DNA from: Chlamydiota bacterium
Lineage (GTDB): Bacteria; Chlamydiota; Chlamydiia; Chlamydiales; SM23-39
NCBI GenBank assembly: GCA_038534095.1
Contig: JBCAXK010000009.1
Location: forward strand, 1-42,616
Direction of reading: 5' to 3'
DNA length: 42,616 nt
Position numbers and translations under genes: made by a program. Position 1 is the stretch's first letter, and each line of letters begins with the position of its first letter. The notes beneath the pieces were generated by a model, which saw nothing but the letters and a program-made list of their open reading frames with translations, did no database searches and was not told the DNA's origin. Below, one piece after another: positions 37,197-42,616 of the stretch.

Positions 37197-37652
37197 ATGT
37201 ACGATACCTTGAAAGAGATGGACTCCAAAGAACTGGAGCTTCCAGAAACTACATTCATCCGAGATATTGAAAGTAAAGTGTTCCAAGCGATCACCCTGCA
37301 ATGTCTTGCAAAAATTGAAGGGATCAGCCTCCTAGAAAATAATTTATTTGACTCTCTCTTAGGCAGGGAATTTGACCGTGTGAAAGGGATTTATGTAGAG
37401 CAGGACCAGAAAAAACATTCGGTACGTGTTCGGATTGAAATCAATATTGAGTATGGAATTCCTATTCCCAAAAAGTCCGAAGAAATTCAGTCGAAAATTG
37501 TAGAGGAGGTAAGCTCATTAACCGGCCTTCACGTCGCTTCTGTGCATGTGATTTTTAAAAGTCTAATCACCCAAAGCACAAAAGAAGCAGAGGCAAAAGA
37601 GGGGCAAGAATCGTTAGAAGAAGAGCAAGACGAATACACAGAGGAGTTTTGA
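37197..37652 (+). CDS. Asp23/Gls24 family protein
   Basis: ELELPETTFIRDIE; IEINIEYGIPIPKKSEEIQ..V..LTGLHVASVHV. Confidence 0.9.
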   Translation: MYDTLKEMDSKELELPETTFIRDIESKVFQAITLQCLAKIEGISLLENNLFDSLLGREFDRVKGIYVEQDQKKHSVRVRIEINIEYGIPIPKKSEEIQSKIVEEVSSLTGLHVASVHVIFKSLITQSTKEAEAKEGQESLEEEQDEYTEEF

Positions 37653-37655
37653 AGC

Positions 37656-38153
37656 GTGCGCTCAAGAGACACTTACGCTTCGGCGGTACATGTGTTCCTT
37701 TTTTTCTTCTTCCTTGTCGGCGGCGTAGGTTTTTTTGCGGCAAGCTTTTTCCCAACCTACCGCTACCACTGTTTCCGTCTCTTCCTCGATTATCCTTCGT
37801 ATAGTTTTGGAGGCGGAGCGCTTTTTTTTGGCTTTGGAGCCCTCGTTTTATCCCTGTTTTCTTATAAAAAAGAGCTCCGATTTTTGATGAGCCCGCATAC
37901 AGTGGATATCGACTGCAAAGTCATTCATACTTACGTAGAGCAATTTTGGAAGGAAGAATTCCCCCATGCGGTGCAAGCGTTTGATCTCTATATTTTACCC
38001 GATAATACCTTAGAAATTGCGGTCCAATTAGGATCTATGGACGCAGAAGAAAAAAAACAATTTCTCGAGAAGTCGGAATATGGACTTGGGAAAATTTTAG
38101 CCAGTTTTTTGGATTATCATCAAAAATTCTACATTACAATGCATCTTTCTTAG
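37656..38153 (+). CDS. Hypothetical membrane protein (possible AmaP-like partner of Asp23)
   Basis: Two N-terminal TM helices plus a soluble domain; GTG start 3 nt after the Asp23 stop. Confidence 0.7.
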   Translation: MRSRDTYASAVHVFLFFFFLVGGVGFFAASFFPTYRYHCFRLFLDYPSYSFGGGALFFGFGALVLSLFSYKKELRFLMSPHTVDIDCKVIHTYVEQFWKEEFPHAVQAFDLYILPDNTLEIAVQLGSMDAEEKKQFLEKSEYGLGKILASFLDYHQKFYITMHLS

Positions 38154-39963
38154 AAAAAAACTCGCGCAAGTTCTGTAAGTCTTTTTCTGTTATCCCCTTG
38201 ATCGTAAATAAAGAGGAATCTTCTTTATTGAGCGCTTCTTCGATTCTTGCCATCGATCCATACTGTTTGAGTAAAAGGGCCCGTTTTTTGGGGCCGATCC
38301 CAGGAATTGTTTCCAGGCGGCTTTTGATCCGACTTTTGCTCCGTTTTTTTTGATGGAAAGAAATAGCAACTCTGTGCGCTTCATCCCGAATCCTTTGCAA
38401 AAGAAACAGGACAGGGGAGTGTTTTGGTAGTAGAATCGGTTCTTCGTAGGGGCGGTGCACCTTTTCCCGGGTCATCCCTTTGGTGTGCAAAGAAGCCTCT
38501 TTGGCAAGTCCGATTACAGCGATCCCTACGATATTGTTCTCTGCAAGGGTTCTCGTCGCTACATTGAGGTGACCTTTCCCTCCATCAATGATGATTAGAT
38601 CGGGAAGATCTTCTGTCTGTTTGCAGTATCTTGTGAGCGCCTCTTTAAGGGAAGCGTAGTCATCGGGCGCCCCTTTTTGTTCTAAAGAGAAGTACCTTTG
38701 TAGCTCTTTCTCTTTTTTTCCATCGACAAAAACGACAGCTACTGCGACAGGGTTCTCTCCTTGCGTATGGGAGCTATCAAAACAGGCAATTTTTCGGGGT
38801 AAGCTCGGTAAAGAAAGAGTTTCTTGTAGTTGTAACAGCACAAGGTCTCTGTTTTCTCTCCCCGTTTGATCTTTTTTGAAAATTGCCTCAGCGTTGTCGT
38901 AAGCCATGCGGACAAGAGCTTTTTTATCCCCTTTTTGAGGGCTTGTGATCCGCACTTTTTTTCCTAAGGTCTCTGTTAAGATCTCCTCCAATAGAGACGC
39001 ATTTTCTAGCTGCTCGGGAAGAAAAATCTCTTTCGGAATCTCCTCTTTTTCATAGTGTTGTAGGAGGAACATCTCAAGAATTTCCTCTGTGTGAGACAAG
39101 ACACCTGAAAAAGGGAAGTGCTCAGAACCGATCAGTTTGTGTTCTCTAAAAAGTAGCTTTGCAACCACAGCGTGGTCAGCTTCTCTATAAAGCGCTAAAA
39201 CGTCACAGTTTTTGGCTGCGCTATTGTCCACATGTTGTTTTGATAGGATCTGTTCGATCTTTTCGATCATATCTCGAATAGAAGCCGCCTTTTCAAATAA
39301 GAGCTCCTCTGATGCGGCTTGCATCTCCCGTTTTAGGGCATCTAAAATGGTTTGGTCTTTCCCCTGGAGAAGCTTGCGCACCGAATGAACGAGATCTAGG
39401 TAGGATTCTTTACTGCATAAAGAGACGCAAGGAGCAGCGCACCGTTTGATGCCATGCAATAGGCAAGGGCGCGTTCTTCGAATGAGTTCTTGATCTGAGC
39501 ACTCTCTTAACGGAAAAATTTGGTTCATCAGATCGAGAACCTCTCTAGCTACCCGCGCATTTGTGTAGGGTCCAAAGGTGTTGCGGATATCTTTCGCTTT
39601 TTTCCGATGGCGCTCGATAGTGAGCCTAGGCCATTCATGGCGCGTTAGAACGATATTTACGTAACGTTTATCATCTTTGAGAAGCGCGTTGTATTTAGGC
39701 TGGTGTTGCTTGATGAGCGTGCTTTCGAGTAAAAGAGCGTCTCTTTCTGTAGGCACGACAATCACGTCAATGCTATCGGTATTTTTGATGAGATAGGGGA
39801 TCATCGCCCGATCATCGCCGCTTTTCATGAAGTATTGACGAATTCGCGTGCGAAGATTTTTCGCTTTGCCTACATAGAGGACCCGTTTTTTTAGGTCTTT
39901 CATGAGGTAAACGCCGCTTTTTGTGGGATAACGGCCTAAGTCTTTGGCATCAAACGAGCTCAT
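38134..39963 (-). CDS. uvrC: Excinuclease ABC subunit C
   Basis: GIY-YIG (GVYLM..YVGKAKNLR), UVR domain FEKAASIRD, CFDSSH, DLIIIDGGKGH, RIRDEAHR, HhH IPGIGPK. Confidence 0.97.
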   Translation of the reverse strand: MSSFDAKDLGRYPTKSGVYLMKDLKKRVLYVGKAKNLRTRIRQYFMKSGDDRAMIPYLIKNTDSIDVIVVPTERDALLLESTLIKQHQPKYNALLKDDKRYVNIVLTRHEWPRLTIERHRKKAKDIRNTFGPYTNARVAREVLDLMNQIFPLRECSDQELIRRTRPCLLHGIKRCAAPCVSLCSKESYLDLVHSVRKLLQGKDQTILDALKREMQAASEELLFEKAASIRDMIEKIEQILSKQHVDNSAAKNCDVLALYREADHAVVAKLLFREHKLIGSEHFPFSGVLSHTEEILEMFLLQHYEKEEIPKEIFLPEQLENASLLEEILTETLGKKVRITSPQKGDKKALVRMAYDNAEAIFKKDQTGRENRDLVLLQLQETLSLPSLPRKIACFDSSHTQGENPVAVAVVFVDGKKEKELQRYFSLEQKGAPDDYASLKEALTRYCKQTEDLPDLIIIDGGKGHLNVATRTLAENNIVGIAVIGLAKEASLHTKGMTREKVHRPYEEPILLPKHSPVLFLLQRIRDEAHRVAISFHQKKRSKSRIKSRLETIPGIGPKKRALLLKQYGSMARIEEALNKEDSSLFTIKGITEKDLQNLREFFSKKDAL

Positions 39964-40903
39964 TACACTTCTTGCATAACTATTTCAGCAAGTATTTTGC
40001 AATCAGAGCTATTTCGTCAAGTGGCCTCCGAGATTAGGAAGAGCGCAGCTGGCGCGCTTCCTTGCAAAAAACTTCTTCAAGGGTATTTTCATGGATAGAG
40101 AATTGGTTTTGCATCGATTTTACACCGTTTTTCTTATGTTTCCTAGAATGCCTTCTGAAGCCAATAGTAGTGATTCAAAATTTCGATAAGGCTCGCAAGA
40201 TAGAGCACGGAGCGCTGGAATTTGAAACGGGTGAGGGTCAAAACGGAATGGTTGTGAAATTCGCGCAAACAGTTGGCAATATCTTTGACCTTGCTTTGAA
40301 GGTTCTTAAAGATGCTTACTTAGGTATAAAATCTTCTGCTCCCTGTAATACATTAGAACCTGAAATGAAAAGTTTACGCCTAGGTTCTGGAAGGAAATGC
40401 TCATAGGGATGTAATAAACCTATTTTGAACAAAAAATTACGAACGCAAATGCTTGATTCAACATGGGTGTAATGGGAGCAAAAACGGAGTAATCCCTGCA
40501 TGCGCGCGGTTGCAAGACTCCTAAAATAGTAGTAGGAATGCAATGTAGGGAAGAAGAGCCTCCAGTGATTCTTATGCTTCTCAAACTGAGCACAATCTAT
40601 GCTCATACTGTTATAAGAGGTAGTATTTTTTTGTCTAAGGAGATTGCTTGTAGGCGATGATCTCCCAAGTGAAAAGCGAATGACTCAACATGCGCGCAGT
40701 AGTTGTGTTCATCTGATGAACAGAATAGAATAGCTGTTCCCGAAAGGTCTCTATATCGCTGAGTTGGTTTGGTAAGATAGAAAAGATTTTCTCCAAAAGA
40801 GCGTTTTTTATTTTTCTGTAAAGGTAATTTTGTTAAGATTCTTGGTTATCTATAAGCCAGTCTTAAAGCAATTTAAAATATTTATAACCTTGAAGAAACA
40901 ATT

Positions 40904-42475
40904 TTGAGTAGTTTTTTTATTACCGGAGTGGATGGTAGAAAACAACATTTTGCTACGTCTTTAGAAATGCAGGGTAGGCTCGATCATATGATTGCCACCG
41001 TCCAATTGGTCTGCAATCCGGTTTTTGCTAACTGCTTCGAAAGTTCCCTTGATCCTATAGTAAGCAGCATTTCCAGTTATCTTCCTGAATTGGAGGGTGG
41101 CCAGAATACCCAGCATTATTTGAAAAAAATTTTTGAGCATCGCGAAAGCGCTCAGATCATCCGATTTATAAAGCAAGTCAACAAAAACGACTCTAGTAAT
41201 TACGCTTTTTTTCGTGTTGCGAAATCTGTAGAAGGGATAACGGTTGTTTTTGTGAATCCTTGGGTTTGGGAAAACTTGCAAGCGAAGCATTCCCCCTCAA
41301 TTTTTCGTTTGTACGATATGGCGAAATGTTGGGGCGTTCGAAGGAATGATTGCGAAAGTAAGAAGAATGCTCCTTGGCTTTCCCGTTTATACGATATGGC
41401 GAAATATTGGGTTCTTCGAAGGAATCATGATGAAAGTAAGAAAAATCCTGAGAGTCTATGCGCGCGTATTCAAGAGAATTTTTCAAGCATTGCCTTAGAA
41501 GGTAGCCGGCAAAACAGAAAGACCTTTCTAAGCAGGGAGGGGTTTTGCGCGCCAAATAGGATAGTAACGATTGATGGAGAATTGATAGAAAAAACGGTTG
41601 ATGTAGAATCAAGGGGAGAGGCAAAAAAAGATTTTCTCCATGCGATGCTTTTTTTATGGCAAGATTTTAGCGCTCTTGGCGTGCGTGTTTCTCTATTTAA
41701 AGACCAAAATATTTGTTCGATGATCGCTTCCTACCTCTTTTTATGCGGCTCTAATCAAGAGGAAATTGCAAAAGTGAGTAATTTTATCCCACTAAGTGAA
41801 GGGCCTTGTAAAGAAGCCAAGCAGTTTCGTACCCTTGCTTTGAAAAGAGAGCAAAAAAATTCAAAGAATCATCGAATTTTTAGCATTAAATTGACAAAAC
41901 CTCCGCATAAGCGGTTCTTTTTCATACGTCAGATTTTTGCTACCTTTCCAAAAGATTTTCATAAAAAATCATTGTTTGATTTATTGATTTCTAAGGGGAA
42001 AAACCCTCTCACGCCTTCAAAAGAGATCTTCAAATGCATCTCGAAAATCGTATCTCCAACCGCAATGACCCACTTTTTTGGAGAAAAAGCATTGACCTTG
42101 GCTAATAAAGACTTGTATTTTCTACCGCCGCAGATTAGGAGCCTTTCATCTTTTTTAAGGACTCTTTGCCTAAATGGTAATCACTTGCAAAAGCTTCCCG
42201 TTGAAATTGGCTACTTGCCCTTTCTTGCAATGCTTTCTGTTGACGATAATGCCTTAACATCTTTCCCTAGTACGATTGGTAGATTAAGGAGTTTGCGAGT
42301 GCTGAGCGCAAGGAACAATCGAATCGCGGGCCTCCCAGATACAATCCTAAATTTAACTAAATTGGAATATTTGTGCTTAGCGAATAATCGACTAAAATCT
42401 GTTCCTGAAGGATTGCTAGTCATACCAAACCAAGTTCCAGATTTAAGAGGGAATTCGATTGAATCCTATACGTAG
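40904..42475 (+). CDS. Leucine-rich repeat protein (candidate secreted effector)
   Basis: About five 23-aa LRRs at the C-terminus (e.g. LRTLCLNGNHLQKLPVEIGYLPF). N-terminal ~390 aa unrecognised; TTG start uncertain. Confidence 0.85.
   Translation: MSSFFITGVDGRKQHFATSLEMQGRLDHMIATVQLVCNPVFANCFESSLDPIVSSISSYLPELEGGQNTQHYLKKIFEHRESAQIIRFIKQVNKNDSSNYAFFRVAKSVEGITVVFVNPWVWENLQAKHSPSIFRLYDMAKCWGVRRNDCESKKNAPWLSRLYDMAKYWVLRRNHDESKKNPESLCARIQENFSSIALEGSRQNRKTFLSREGFCAPNRIVTIDGELIEKTVDVESRGEAKKDFLHAMLFLWQDFSALGVRVSLFKDQNICSMIASYLFLCGSNQEEIAKVSNFIPLSEGPCKEAKQFRTLALKREQKNSKNHRIFSIKLTKPPHKRFFFIRQIFATFPKDFHKKSLFDLLISKGKNPLTPSKEIFKCISKIVSPTAMTHFFGEKALTLANKDLYFLPPQIRSLSSFLRTLCLNGNHLQKLPVEIGYLPFLAMLSVDDNALTSFPSTIGRLRSLRVLSARNNRIAGLPDTILNLTKLEYLCLANNRLKSVPEGLLVIPNQVPDLRGNSIESYT
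41294..41449 (+). repeat. Two-copy 78-bp (26-aa) in-frame tandem duplication
   Basis: PSIFRLYDMAKCWGVRRNDCESKKNA / PWLSRLYDMAKYWVLRRNHDESKKNP; shared CGTTTRTACGATATGGCGAAAT at 41306 and 41384. Confidence 0.93.
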
Positions 42476-42535
42476 GAACTAGCGTGATACTAGGTGTTTG
42501 GTCCCAGAGTGTGGTGGTATGGATTAATCTTAAAT

Positions 42536-42616
42536 TTTTCAGGCTGTTTTGTCCAGAATTGAATTATTGACTCAATATGAGTCAATAATTCAATTCTGGA
42601 CAAAACAGCCTGAAAA
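42536..42616. repeat. Perfect inverted repeat: 39-bp arms, 3-nt loop, reaching the window end
   Basis: 42536-42574 (TTTTCAGGCTGTTTTGTCCAGAATTGAATTATTGACTCA), loop ATA, then the exact reverse complement at 42578-42616. Confidence 0.97.

Noticed and set aside
40062..40406. 114-aa plus-strand ORF
   Set aside because: TTG start, no recognisable motif, and it conflicts with similarly weak minus-strand frames.
41294..41449. CRISPR-like repeat
   Set aside because: Only two in-frame copies inside a CDS, no unique spacers and no cas genes.
1..42616. The many short antisense or overlapping ORFs in the track, and any rRNA/tRNA genes
   Set aside because: The short ORFs are shadows of well-supported genes; no tRNA cloverleaf or rRNA signature was recognised in the intergenic regions.

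Overview
Genomic segment of a Chlamydiota bacterium, most likely an environmental (non-Chlamydiaceae) lineage. The assignment rests on gene content and order: a stand-alone SWIB protein next to ispD-truA-HAD; prfB-GNAT-yebC; ptr-plsB(plant ATS1-type)-RNase E/G; and rnpA-rpmH/rpmJ-rpsN-DUF4339-Asp23-uvrC. The backbone is housekeeping (translation, lipid/lipid A synthesis, RNA turnover, DNA repair, Dsb system), including prfB with its programmed +1 frameshift and three small ribosomal-protein genes (rpmF, rpmH, rpmJ) missed by the ORF track. Accessory patches interrupt it: (i) a left-end scar with an IS481-family right end fused to a decapitated trxB, followed by an orphan mepB-like gene; (ii) a plant-UGP3-like uridylyltransferase, a small Cys-rich tail-anchored protein with 11-residue periodicity, and a doubly frameshifted Bcr/CflA MFS pseudogene; (iii) CDP-alcohol phosphatidyltransferase + DedA/TVP38 divergent from a GH63-like glucosidase, then two orphan effector-like genes, one Inc-like; (iv) a tandem pair of diverged orphan paralogs, each with a hairpin 55 nt after its stop; (v) an LRR protein with an internal 78-bp duplication, followed by a perfect 39-bp inverted repeat running to the last base of the window. 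No rRNA, tRNA or CRISPR array was seen. Family calls come from motif recognition and recalled synteny, not from database searches.
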